From Gemmatimonadota bacterium (GTDB lineage: Bacteria > Gemmatimonadota > Gemmatimonadetes > Gemmatimonadales > GWC2-71-9), in the NCBI GenBank assembly GCA_036679605.1, contig JAZDCZ010000420.1, positions 1 to 29,889 on the forward strand: a stretch of 29,889 nt of DNA, read 5' to 3'. Made by a program: the position numbers and the translations under genes. This document shows, one piece after another, positions 9,407 to 18,041 of this stretch. Every line of letters starts with the position of its first letter. The first letter of the stretch is position 1. The notes beneath the pieces are model-generated. The model was not told the origin of the DNA and did no database searches. It was given only the letters and a program-made list of their open reading frames with translations.

Positions 9407-11587
9407 TTAACGGTCACCTCTTGCGAGATCGGTACGCGTCGGCGCCAGTGAGAGCACGTGGTAGACGATCGGCCAGGCAAGCTCGGGGTCGAGAACATCC
9501 CCGAACGAAGGCATTGGAGTGCCGTCGAGGCCCGTCATGATAGTGCGGTAAATATCTTTCAGGGAAGGGCCGCTCTTCAGAGACCTACCGCTGGCGAAGT
9601 TGGCCGGTCGGATCGGATATCCCCAGTTGTCGGCAAGTCCTTTCGCCGACGGCCCGTCCCCGCGCCCGAGTTCGCCGTGACAAGAGCTGCAACCGGCATC
9701 CTTGAACAACTGTGCCCCCTGGACCATCAGCTCCGGGGTAAGTGGCATCGGTTCCGGGATTTCAATCGCGTCGGTCGCCTCTTCCTCCTCGAACCGTGAC
9801 GAGAACGTTTTCAAGTAATGAACCAATGCCCAACGCTCCTCGCGCGGCAACAAGGACCAGGGGGGCATCGACGTTCCCGGCACGCCTACAGTTATCGTGC
9901 GATAGATGTCCGCGTCGGTCGGGATCACTCCACCCGGCGTTGTGCGAAACTTGTAGGTTCCTTGGCGAAAGTCACGCGGTTTCGGATCGACATTTTCCGC
10001 AGCCATGCCCGCTCCGTCCCCTGCTTCTCCGTGGCACACGGCACACTGTTGAAAATACACCAAGGCTCCGAGTTCGAGTAGTTCCGCAGTAGCAGAGACG
10101 GGGTTCGCACGGGCTTCAGCGAGATCGGCCGCCACAGTCTCGACATCGGGCATGAATATGCCGGGCTCATTTTCAGGGTGTCCGCGACGTGACCGAGCAC
10201 TCGCTTTGTCGCGCAACGAGACGACATGATACATGATCGGCCAGGCGTACTCTTCGCCCAAGACCTCCCCGAAATCGGGCATCGGCGTGCCGTTGAGTCC
10301 AGTCATCACGGTACGGTAGATCGACATGATGCCGGGCCCGCTCTTCAACGGCTTGTCACTGAGAAAGTCGGCCGGCCGAATCGAATAACCCCAGTCGTCG
10401 TGCAAACCCGATGCCGATTGCCCATTGCCATCGCCGGTATCCCCATGACATGCGCTGCAACCGGCGTCTTTCCAAAGCTGAGCACCCTGTTCGAGCAGCT
10501 CATCGGTCACCGCCACGGGCTCCGGAAAGTTGATCGGTTCAGCCGGTTCTTCCTCCTCGAATCTATCGGAGAACGACTTCACATAATGCACCAAGCCCCA
10601 ACGATCCTCGTAGGAGAGTCGCGCCCAAGCTGGCATCGACGTGCCCGGCGCTCCCATGGTGATAGTTCGGAATATGTCGGCATCGAGCGGCAACGAACCA
10701 CCCGGCGTCGTACGGAACTTGTACGTCCCTTGCCTAAAATCTCTCGGTTTCGGATCCAGGTAGGTCGCACCGGCTCCCACACCATCACCCTCCTCTCCGT
10801 GGCACATGACGCAGTACTGGGCGTACGCGACCTTGCCCTTTCTCAAGAGGCGCGTAGTCGCGGGCATGGGGTTGGTTCTCGCGCGCTCGATATCCACGTC
10901 GACGACATCGCCCCTCGGTGGTGCTCGTAGCCCGGTGTGGCACCGCACACAGTTGGCTCTGGGATCGAAAGCCACCTTGCCGTGACAACGGCCACAGTAT
11001 TTGCCGGCGAAAACGTCTTCCATCTCGAACTCATTGGAACCGGCCTGCATCTTGAAAATTGAAGGATGGCAATTCGAACAGTCCAGCCACAGGGTGTGAG
11101 AGAAATGCGGAAAGGTAACCGTAAACGGCGATTCTGGATCCATGACGATATCCAATGGAAACGGCATCGGCGTGCGCAGATCCGGGTCGCGGAATCCGCG
11201 CGGTGCCACCGTCCCTGAACGTACCGCTTCCACCCAGTCGACCTCGCCGGTAATGTTCTTGGGAAGCATCGCGACTGCGTCGTCCCATGTATGCACGGTC
11301 TCGATCTCTGGAACCTCAGGCTCCGGTGGCAGCTCCTCTTCGGGCTGGTCAACCTGCTCGGGGCCTTTGCCGATTTTCCACGCGACCAAGCGTCGCGTAC
11401 GCATCGGTTTGCGCTCCGGACGTTCGACTCCCGCAGGCGGAACGTCGTCAAAAATAGAGGTCAGAACACGATAGCGCAGTTGTGGATCACACCCGCTGAG
11501 AAAAGCGGTGCCCAATGCAAGTACGAGCGCGATTCCCCCCTTCGACACCCCCCGGCTTACCGAATGCCTTGGTCTAACCGTAGGCAC
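9407..11587 (-). CDS. 7-heme hybrid cytochrome c lipoprotein: c7-type triheme domain plus two duplicated class-I diheme modules
   Basis: Lipobox FLSGC; CSNCH/CGRCH/CVRCH preceded by FPHFSH; CVMCH, CSACH, CAVCH, CSSCH each followed by PR/PA(D/N)F and GT(S/P)MP Met-ligand motifs. Confidence 0.92.
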   Translation of the reverse strand: MPTVRPRHSVSRGVSKGGIALVLALGTAFLSGCDPQLRYRVLTSIFDDVPPAGVERPERKPMRTRRLVAWKIGKGPEQVDQPEEELPPEPEVPEIETVHTWDDAVAMLPKNITGEVDWVEAVRSGTVAPRGFRDPDLRTPMPFPLDIVMDPESPFTVTFPHFSHTLWLDCSNCHPSIFKMQAGSNEFEMEDVFAGKYCGRCHGKVAFDPRANCVRCHTGLRAPPRGDVVDVDIERARTNPMPATTRLLRKGKVAYAQYCVMCHGEEGDGVGAGATYLDPKPRDFRQGTYKFRTTPGGSLPLDADIFRTITMGAPGTSMPAWARLSYEDRWGLVHYVKSFSDRFEEEEPAEPINFPEPVAVTDELLEQGAQLWKDAGCSACHGDTGDGNGQSASGLHDDWGYSIRPADFLSDKPLKSGPGIMSIYRTVMTGLNGTPMPDFGEVLGEEYAWPIMYHVVSLRDKASARSRRGHPENEPGIFMPDVETVAADLAEARANPVSATAELLELGALVYFQQCAVCHGEAGDGAGMAAENVDPKPRDFRQGTYKFRTTPGGVIPTDADIYRTITVGVPGTSMPPWSLLPREERWALVHYLKTFSSRFEEEEATDAIEIPEPMPLTPELMVQGAQLFKDAGCSSCHGELGRGDGPSAKGLADNWGYPIRPANFASGRSLKSGPSLKDIYRTIMTGLDGTPMPSFGDVLDPELAWPIVYHVLSLAPTRTDLARGDR

Positions 11588-11610
11588 GGGTAGTAGAAAT
11601 ACACCGTTTG

Positions 11611-13917
11611 TTAAGGGGAAATAGGGTTATCATCGCCTTGGTCCGGACGGTATTGCTCACCATTCATCGTTTCTCCGTGGCAGCTCAAGTAGCAGCGCCT
11701 CCGGAGAGTGGATGTATTGATCTCCCATTCCGGCTTGGCCCGTCCGCCTATGGGTAATATATCCGGCGAGAAGTTGATAAGATGGGTATGGGTCCCCTCT
11801 GGAGGCGTTTCCGAGGTCACGCCGTCAATATTGTATTGCGTATTGCTCGCCGTAACATTGCTGTGGATGTTGAAGTGGCAATTCTTGCAGACAGCTCTCG
11901 ACTTGTCGATTTTGTCGAGAAGATGGCGCCAGTGCAGATTGTCCCTCCCGTCGATATCGTCGTAGAAATTCGTTGCGGCGCCGTCTTTCCATTCACGCGC
12001 CCTGACCAACTTGTTCACGTTATGGCATAAGAAACAGAGTTCGAAATTATTGGCGTCCCAATTGCTCGGTCCCAGCAGACCCGTCCAATAGTTGCCGCGT
12101 CGAATCGTACCGTTGACCGAGCCGTGTGGACCCTTAGTATTACTCGATGAATTCGACGCCGGACCTTGCGCATCAGCGGTCGCGTCGCTGTTATGACAAT
12201 CGGTACACTTGACGGTCGAAGTAGTCGACAACCCCCCCTGGAGCTGCGCAGCTAGATTAGCCGATTGGTTTCTGCCCGCAGCCGTCACCGGGTGAAACGC
12301 ACTATTGACCGGCTGGAAATCCAGACGCTTATTGGTCGTGTCGGGCCGAGTCGCATTGTAGGTGTCGCCGTGACAACTGAAACATAGCTCGTACTCGACG
12401 ATGTCGACGGGATTGGCGGTGCCCGGTCCAATGGGCACGCCGTTCAGATCGATACCGTCCACGCCCTTGTGCTTGTCGGCGGCGGTTGCCTTATGCGGGT
12501 TATGACAATTCACGCACTCGACCGAACGGCCCGGGGTCTGCTCTGAATCCTTCACCGGATGATGGAAGATGACCGCACCGTTGGTCCCCTTGTTGAAGTC
12601 GCCGCGAATGTCCGATCCTGCGGGGGTGCCGTCGTGACAAGTAAAACAAAGATCCTCGGCATCATCAGGATCCGTACCGTCGCTGGTCGTATCGTAACGC
12701 TCCACCCAGAATCGATCATAATCCTCCGGCGGGTTTTGATCGTCGGGCCACCCGTGCGGCCAGTGACAATTGACGCACAGACCTTGTTTATCCGGGCTGT
12801 GTGCGGGAAACGTCGAGCCATATTGTCCGCCGGGCCATAGCAGGCCAGTGGTCGTATTGAGATGCGAAGCGGTGTCGCGGTCGCCGATCGTGTGGCAGTT
12901 ATAACAAAGATCGCCGATCGAAAGATTGAGAAGGTAGCCGTCACCGGCTCCCCCGTTAGCACCGCCGGAATCGGTAAAGTGAGGATTGTGGCAAGTCGTA
13001 CATTCGACAAGTCCTTGCGACAAGGGAAGATCGGCCGGTTGCTGGAAGAATCCGCTGCTCGGAACCGAGACACCGACAGGGTGTGAGCCCTGTCCTAAGG
13101 CCTGCACGTTGCGGACACTGTGGCAGACATGACACATTTGATTAACATCGTTGTCGGCGCGTTGGTAATGTCTGCCCCATCCTGTTCCCGATCCTCCGTA
13201 CGCAGGTGCGGCCGGGTCGAACGGTGTTTTCTCTTGCGAGTGTTGATTGTGACAACTCGAGCAGACCACCTTGTCATCCATGATGCGTAGTGCCATTGAT
13301 CGTTCGAAAGGATCGTTGGGATCGGGCAGGCGTAGGTCCGTTCGTACCGCAAGCGTCCAGCTATCGTTGAGCACAAAAGACGGCGCCGTATCACCGTCGT
13401 CAAAGGTCAGTGTCAATCCCTCACCGATCGCAACGTCGACACCCGTGAGTGCCGATCCGTTGTTGCCGGCTCCATCGTCCCATGAGAAAAAAGCCGCGCC
13501 AACATCACCCGCTTGGGCGATCGTGATCGCATAGCTTTTTTCGATCCGTCCCGTGAAAGCACCACCTGAGACCACCAAGCCCGGCGACGTGTTGCTCAGC
13601 GCGGCTTTTACATGACCGGACGGGCCTGAATCGAAACGGTGGGATGTCCCCGTCACTCCCGGGAAGGCCTGGTCGCTGTCGGCAAACGGCCGGTTCGAGG
13701 CCAAACCGGTCGGATTGTGGCAACTCATGCAAAGATTCGGGTTGCCGGCCACTTTCGTAATGGTTCCGCCCGGTGCGTTGTGAACCATATGACAGCCGAT
13801 CGTGCAGTTGATCCCGTTGACCTCGTTGTGGGGCGGGTCGAGAGCGGCGGCGAGAGCCGGGACGAGCATAGCCGCCAGAGCAACGATCCACGACAGCGAT
13901 GTTGGTCTTCGTCTCAT
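11611..13917 (-). CDS. 14-heme secreted cytochrome c with an inserted heme-free beta-rich domain
   Basis: 12 CxxCH plus 2 CxxxCH (CTIGCH, CYLSCH). Start ATG 13917 (MRRRPTSLSWIVALAAMLVPALAAA signal peptide), just downstream of the upstream stop at 13926. Confidence 0.92.
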   Translation of the reverse strand: MRRRPTSLSWIVALAAMLVPALAAALDPPHNEVNGINCTIGCHMVHNAPGGTITKVAGNPNLCMSCHNPTGLASNRPFADSDQAFPGVTGTSHRFDSGPSGHVKAALSNTSPGLVVSGGAFTGRIEKSYAITIAQAGDVGAAFFSWDDGAGNNGSALTGVDVAIGEGLTLTFDDGDTAPSFVLNDSWTLAVRTDLRLPDPNDPFERSMALRIMDDKVVCSSCHNQHSQEKTPFDPAAPAYGGSGTGWGRHYQRADNDVNQMCHVCHSVRNVQALGQGSHPVGVSVPSSGFFQQPADLPLSQGLVECTTCHNPHFTDSGGANGGAGDGYLLNLSIGDLCYNCHTIGDRDTASHLNTTTGLLWPGGQYGSTFPAHSPDKQGLCVNCHWPHGWPDDQNPPEDYDRFWVERYDTTSDGTDPDDAEDLCFTCHDGTPAGSDIRGDFNKGTNGAVIFHHPVKDSEQTPGRSVECVNCHNPHKATAADKHKGVDGIDLNGVPIGPGTANPVDIVEYELCFSCHGDTYNATRPDTTNKRLDFQPVNSAFHPVTAAGRNQSANLAAQLQGGLSTTSTVKCTDCHNSDATADAQGPASNSSSNTKGPHGSVNGTIRRGNYWTGLLGPSNWDANNFELCFLCHNVNKLVRAREWKDGAATNFYDDIDGRDNLHWRHLLDKIDKSRAVCKNCHFNIHSNVTASNTQYNIDGVTSETPPEGTHTHLINFSPDILPIGGRAKPEWEINTSTLRRRCYLSCHGETMNGEQYRPDQGDDNPISP

Positions 13918-13925
13918 CTGTCTGT

Positions 13926-15767
13926 CTATGGGGCGCCGCAGCTCGACTGCCGAGCCTCGATCGCCGCCGCACGCTGAGCCTCCCAGGTAATCAAGCCGAG
14001 TCGCCGACCCTGGCGCGCCCTGCGCCATACACACTTGGAGTAACGAGATTGTTTCTTCCATGCGAGGCCCGGCGCCGGGCCTCGACACGGGCACAAGCGA
14101 TCCACGCATCCGCGGACATCCGCGAGATTGGTCAGCGTCGATTCAGGGCAAAGTCCGCCGCACCCCGACTGCTTGGCGGCTTGCACACGGGCGCGGCGCT
14201 CGGACCACGACATCAGGTTATCTTTCATGAACTCGTGGGTCTTACGGCGAATACACGTGACATACTTTGCGTGTCGCAGCCAAGATTCCCGCTCACCGGG
14301 ACCCGCGCAGGGGCATAGTTGATAGACGACACATCCCTCTGCATCAGTGGTCTTCCCGGGCAGAGTGGAGTCACACGCATCGGCCTCGTCGCAGACCCCG
14401 TCACCATCGGCGTCGCCGGCATCGACGATCTCGACCCGAGATTCTGCCTCGAAAATCTTGCCGGATAGAGAGCCGGAGACACGCAACACGCCATCGACAG
14501 CGCCAGGATCTGCCAAGTTATCGAGAAGCAGCTCTCTGTCGAACTCGAGACGAAGTTCCGGGATCGAGTCTCGGTCGGTATCTTCAACCACGGCGGTTAC
14601 TGAGTTCGGCGGCACGCCGTTGGCCGTGATCGTATTCATATCGACCGCGTCCAAAGGATAGCCGGGGATCTCCACCCAGGCTACGACCGTAGCGTCCGTA
14701 CATCCGCGCACCACAGGAGTCGGTGAACTTCGAACTTCCGCAGGGAGGACGATTTCCGGATCACTGAAACTATCGATACCGAATACTTCCAGCCTCGCGT
14801 TGTTGGCCGCCGCTATGAACAGCCGATTCGAACTGTCAATCACGAGATCGACTGGAACCCTGGTCTCGCCGGGCTTCGCACCAAAGGCGGCAATGAATCC
14901 GAGCGAGTCGCCGTCGCGCTCGAGCACCTGCACCCTTCCATCGAAGGCGTCGGCAACAAAAATGCGCCCGCGAGCATCGACCCACACCCCTTGGGGAAAA
15001 TTGAATCTGCCCGCCGTACTGCCTCGCCGGCCGAAGCAATAGATGAAGTTCCCGTTAGGATCGAAAACCTGAACGCGCGAGTTGAGTTGGTCGGTTACGA
15101 AGACCTCTGCCGTAGGGCTGTTGACGAATATGCCCGCTGGAAAGTCGAATGCACCGTCCACGGTCCCCAGCCCGCCGAAACTGAAAAGGCTACGGCCGTC
15201 GCTGTCGTAGACTTTCACTCTATGCGCTTTGCTGTCGGTCACATAGACCCGACCGCTGCTCAAATCGATGCCGATATCGTTAGGCAAGAGGAACTCGCCG
15301 ACCCCTGCACCCAGCATGAACAGCTGCTGCCAATCGGAATCGAAAACCGTGATCGTGCCGGTGATTCCGTCACCCGCGTAGACCCGCCCCTGTCCATCGA
15401 CGGCCAGGCTGATCACATAGCCGAGCCCCGACTTCCGTGACAACACACGGCCGTCGGGCGCACGAACGAAAATCTCGCCCTTGATCGGGTCGGCCGCATA
15501 GATATTGCCGGTCGAATCCGTCGCCAATCGCGCCGGTACGGCAAACGAATTCCGGTAGCTGCGCAGGAACGTGACGGTCGGAGGTGTCGCACTGGATACA
15601 CCCCCTTGCACGCAGGACGCCAAGAGCGGCGAGGGGAACAGAAGCAGGACAAGAAAGAACAGCGCTGCCGTTATCCACCGAGTCGGCTCGGCGACGTGTT
15701 TACCTACCGAGGTGCGCTCGATCCACGGCGGCAGCCTATGCAGTTTCTCATTCTGCATCGGCCTCAT
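13926..15767 (-). CDS. Secreted NHL beta-propeller protein with C-terminal beta-rich, Ca-binding-like (DADGDGVCDEAD) and duplicated Cys-rich domains
   Basis: Hydrophobic signal segment, six NHL-type blades, two LCPCxGP...W....Y..C motifs. Start uncertain (15767, 15758 or later). Confidence 0.85.
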   Translation of the reverse strand: MRPMQNEKLHRLPPWIERTSVGKHVAEPTRWITAALFFLVLLLFPSPLLASCVQGGVSSATPPTVTFLRSYRNSFAVPARLATDSTGNIYAADPIKGEIFVRAPDGRVLSRKSGLGYVISLAVDGQGRVYAGDGITGTITVFDSDWQQLFMLGAGVGEFLLPNDIGIDLSSGRVYVTDSKAHRVKVYDSDGRSLFSFGGLGTVDGAFDFPAGIFVNSPTAEVFVTDQLNSRVQVFDPNGNFIYCFGRRGSTAGRFNFPQGVWVDARGRIFVADAFDGRVQVLERDGDSLGFIAAFGAKPGETRVPVDLVIDSSNRLFIAAANNARLEVFGIDSFSDPEIVLPAEVRSSPTPVVRGCTDATVVAWVEIPGYPLDAVDMNTITANGVPPNSVTAVVEDTDRDSIPELRLEFDRELLLDNLADPGAVDGVLRVSGSLSGKIFEAESRVEIVDAGDADGDGVCDEADACDSTLPGKTTDAEGCVVYQLCPCAGPGERESWLRHAKYVTCIRRKTHEFMKDNLMSWSERRARVQAAKQSGCGGLCPESTLTNLADVRGCVDRLCPCRGPAPGLAWKKQSRYSKCVWRRARQGRRLGLITWEAQRAAAIEARQSSCGAP

Positions 15768-16875
15768 CCTCGGGCAGCTCTATGAAACTGTCTTCGGCCG
15801 TCGTATTGATCAGTTGATAAATATCGAGGCGGTTATTCAGGTAATCGGCGACATAGATCCTGTCGTCGTCGTCGATCGTCAGCCCGGTCGGATTACGAAG
15901 CAATCCGGGGAAAGCGCCACGTCCCCCGAAGTACAAGAGGACCGTCCCCTCTTGGTTGAAGATCTGAACATTCGACCAGCCCGAATCGACAACATAGATA
16001 TTGCCGAACGAGTCGAGCGCCACACCTTTGGGCTTGTCGAACATGCCGAAGCCGTTACCACGCTCGCCGATCTGACGAACGAAGGTCCCGTCGGGTTCGA
16101 AAATGCATACCCGGCTGTTGACCGTATCCGTGACGTAAAGCCTCCCCTCGTCGCCGATCGCGAGATAGGTGGGAAACATAAGATAACCGTCTCCTGTGCC
16201 CTTGCCCTTGCCGATGTTGCGCAGGAAATGTCCTTCTTCGTCGAAAACCTTCACGTAGTGATTCGACGATTTCTGGTGTGAGCCGTCGACGACGTAAATC
16301 ACTCCACGTTCCTCGTCGACTTCGATATCCGTCGGTCGTTCCAGAGACGGATCGGTGAACTGTCGCACAATACGGCCGCTGCGATCAAAGACGCTTATGA
16401 TCTTCGTTTCTTGTTCGACAACGTAGAGATTTTCTTGGTCGTCCAGCGCGATACCGAAGGGATACGACCAGGTTCTCTGTTCGCCTCCTATTTGTATCAT
16501 CTCCTTGCTGTCGCGGTTCAATAGATAAACGCTTTGAGTTCCGAAATCCGAGACGTAGATACGCCCCCCATCCTCGGACACAGCAATATCCATCGGCTGC
16601 ACGAGATGATCGGCGGGAGGCTTGTCGCCCGTCAGGAACGCACTCACAGTATCAGCGAAAGTGGTCTCTCGGCCGAGATCGCGTTCACTCGCGAGCGCCG
16701 TCAGGAACTTGATCCTCGGCTCGAGCGGAGGTTCCGGCCACACCGGTTGGACAATGCGCGAAGCCTCCGTCGACTGGTTCGACTGCGTGACGCTACAAGC
16801 GCCGACCATGCCGGCGATGACAACGGGCAGGAGTAGTCCTGAGGCGATACGTACTCTCAATCTCATCATCACCAT
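15748..16875 (-). CDS. NHL-repeat beta-propeller lipoprotein
   Basis: Lipobox MVGAC; WPEPPLEPRIKF motif; NHL blades such as FDKPKGVALDSFGNIYVVDSGWSNVQIF; paralog of 5911-6957. Confidence 0.92.
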   Translation of the reverse strand: MVMMRLRVRIASGLLLPVVIAGMVGACSVTQSNQSTEASRIVQPVWPEPPLEPRIKFLTALASERDLGRETTFADTVSAFLTGDKPPADHLVQPMDIAVSEDGGRIYVSDFGTQSVYLLNRDSKEMIQIGGEQRTWSYPFGIALDDQENLYVVEQETKIISVFDRSGRIVRQFTDPSLERPTDIEVDEERGVIYVVDGSHQKSSNHYVKVFDEEGHFLRNIGKGKGTGDGYLMFPTYLAIGDEGRLYVTDTVNSRVCIFEPDGTFVRQIGERGNGFGMFDKPKGVALDSFGNIYVVDSGWSNVQIFNQEGTVLLYFGGRGAFPGLLRNPTGLTIDDDDRIYVADYLNNRLDIYQLINTTAEDSFIELPEDEADAE

Positions 16876-16929
16876 ATAACCATTCTAGCGGCAACGGCCC
16901 ACTCGAACCCGAATTTCGCCGTTGCGATG

Positions 16930-17646
16930 CTACTTGCTCAACACGAATGTCACGGCCGCTTCACCTCCCGAGGACACCGACACCTTCTGCGTCTTTTTCC
17001 CCAGCGTTTCGTGCCAGACCTTGAGTTCATAGTCTCCCGCAGGCACGTCCTCGAGCTTGAAGGCGCCTTTTTCGTCGGTAACGGCATAATATGGATGCTC
17101 GCGGACAACGATATAGCCTTTCATCCATCCGTGCGCGTCGCAGGCCACTTTGACGAACTCGGGAGAGGCAAACTTCCGTTTCATCTTCTTTTTGAAACCC
17201 GGCTGCGCGACATTGAAGGCGCGGTTCGTCTTACTGTATGAATGTAGGTTATGCAGAATTCCGTCACTGTTGAGCACCTCCATCTCGGTATCCGGTGTGG
17301 CCAGCACGACATGGGGATCGAAGTGACAACCGTTCTGATCCAGCGTTACCGTCTCGGCCGGCCAGGCCTTTCCTTTGCCGATAGCCGCCAAGTACACGAC
17401 CGCATTCTGAACACCGCCGTCAGCGCCAACAATCAGTTCTTCGGAAAGTTTGGACTCCTTACCGCAGACTTCTTTGTCCCTGTCTATATTGATCGCCGCT
17501 CTTGCTGGTGCTGTTCCCGAAAACTTTACTACACCGGCAACCACACCTCCGCCGCTTACCTCTCCGGCCTCGTACGCCCCTACCGCCGCCGGCATAAGCA
17601 TCGAAATGAACAGTCCTGACAGAACTATTATAAAGCCAAAACGCAT
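16930..17646 (-). CDS. Secreted cupredoxin-like protein with carboxypeptidase-regulatory-like domain; putative type-1 copper site
   Basis: Start ATG 17646 with GGAGG RBS and signal peptide; LDQNGCHF.P, NSDGILHNLH, CDAHGWM (H...C-x2-H-x2-M); TDEKGAFKLEDVPAGDYELKVWHE. Confidence 0.85.
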   Translation of the reverse strand: MRFGFIIVLSGLFISMLMPAAVGAYEAGEVSGGGVVAGVVKFSGTAPARAAINIDRDKEVCGKESKLSEELIVGADGGVQNAVVYLAAIGKGKAWPAETVTLDQNGCHFDPHVVLATPDTEMEVLNSDGILHNLHSYSKTNRAFNVAQPGFKKKMKRKFASPEFVKVACDAHGWMKGYIVVREHPYYAVTDEKGAFKLEDVPAGDYELKVWHETLGKKTQKVSVSSGGEAAVTFVLSK

Positions 17647-17760
17647 GATTACTTCCTCCTGGTCTCTTTCCTGTGTATCTAAATCAAAAACGTGAGGGAG
17701 CCAGAGCATTTGCACGCCCCGGCTCCCCCTTTGCAGTCTTGTTGCACGCCATCGCGGTAT

Positions 17761-17808
17761 GTCCCTAAGAGGAGTCGAACCTCTGTTTCCGCGCCGAGCA
17801 AGGAGTGT
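17761..17808 (-). other. Degenerate tRNA-Glu-like 3' half (non-functional remnant)
   Basis: Minus strand ACA-CTCCT-TGCTCGG-CGCGG-AAAC-AGAGG-TTCGACT-CCTCT-TAGGGAC: perfect 5-bp T-arm, 4-nt variable loop, CTC at the anticodon position. Anticodon stem is broken and no D-arm or 5' acceptor strand is present. Confidence 0.4.
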
Positions 17809-17973
17809 TAAGGAATCTGATTCGCACACATTGCCTTGCGTTCACCCCCGGACGCGGCGTCCTGGGCCACTAGACGATAGGGACTGTATTCTCGCGATAG
17901 ACTACGACTTACGCTCAGTATCGATCCGCAAGCCCGTCGAAAATATCGACTACACTCGACCTCCTTTGAGAAG

Positions 17974-18000
17974 CCGCCGCCCCTTGGAGAGGGGCGGCGG
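17974..18000 (-). terminator. GC-rich hairpin downstream of OmcE-like copy B
   Basis: CCGCCGCCCCT-TGGAG-AGGGGCGGCGG 11-bp stem ~40 nt past the stop; followed on the minus strand by CTTCTC (weak tail). Confidence 0.65.
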
Positions 18001-18041
18001 GTCACGGAACTCGAAACTACCCGTTGCGTCTGCGCGACCAC

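Noticed and set aside
13546..13563. GAFTG in the 14-heme protein resembling the sigma-54 activator motif
   Set aside because: No AAA+ domain; it lies in a secreted beta-rich insert.
13918..14109. ORF-track N-terminal extensions (also 5907-6044, 9077-9235, 9406-9498, 17647-17829, 24812-25033)
   Set aside because: They overlap upstream genes or precede clear RBS/signal-peptide starts; downstream starts were chosen.
16896..16913. GGTTCGAGT T-loop-like sequence on the minus strand
   Set aside because: Flanks do not pair into a T-stem; no tRNA context.
17705..17720. GGGGCGTGCAAATGCT as a sigma-54 promoter for the Cu-protein gene
   Set aside because: The GGC-to-TGC spacing is one base short, and the register that fits N10 has a poor -24 element.
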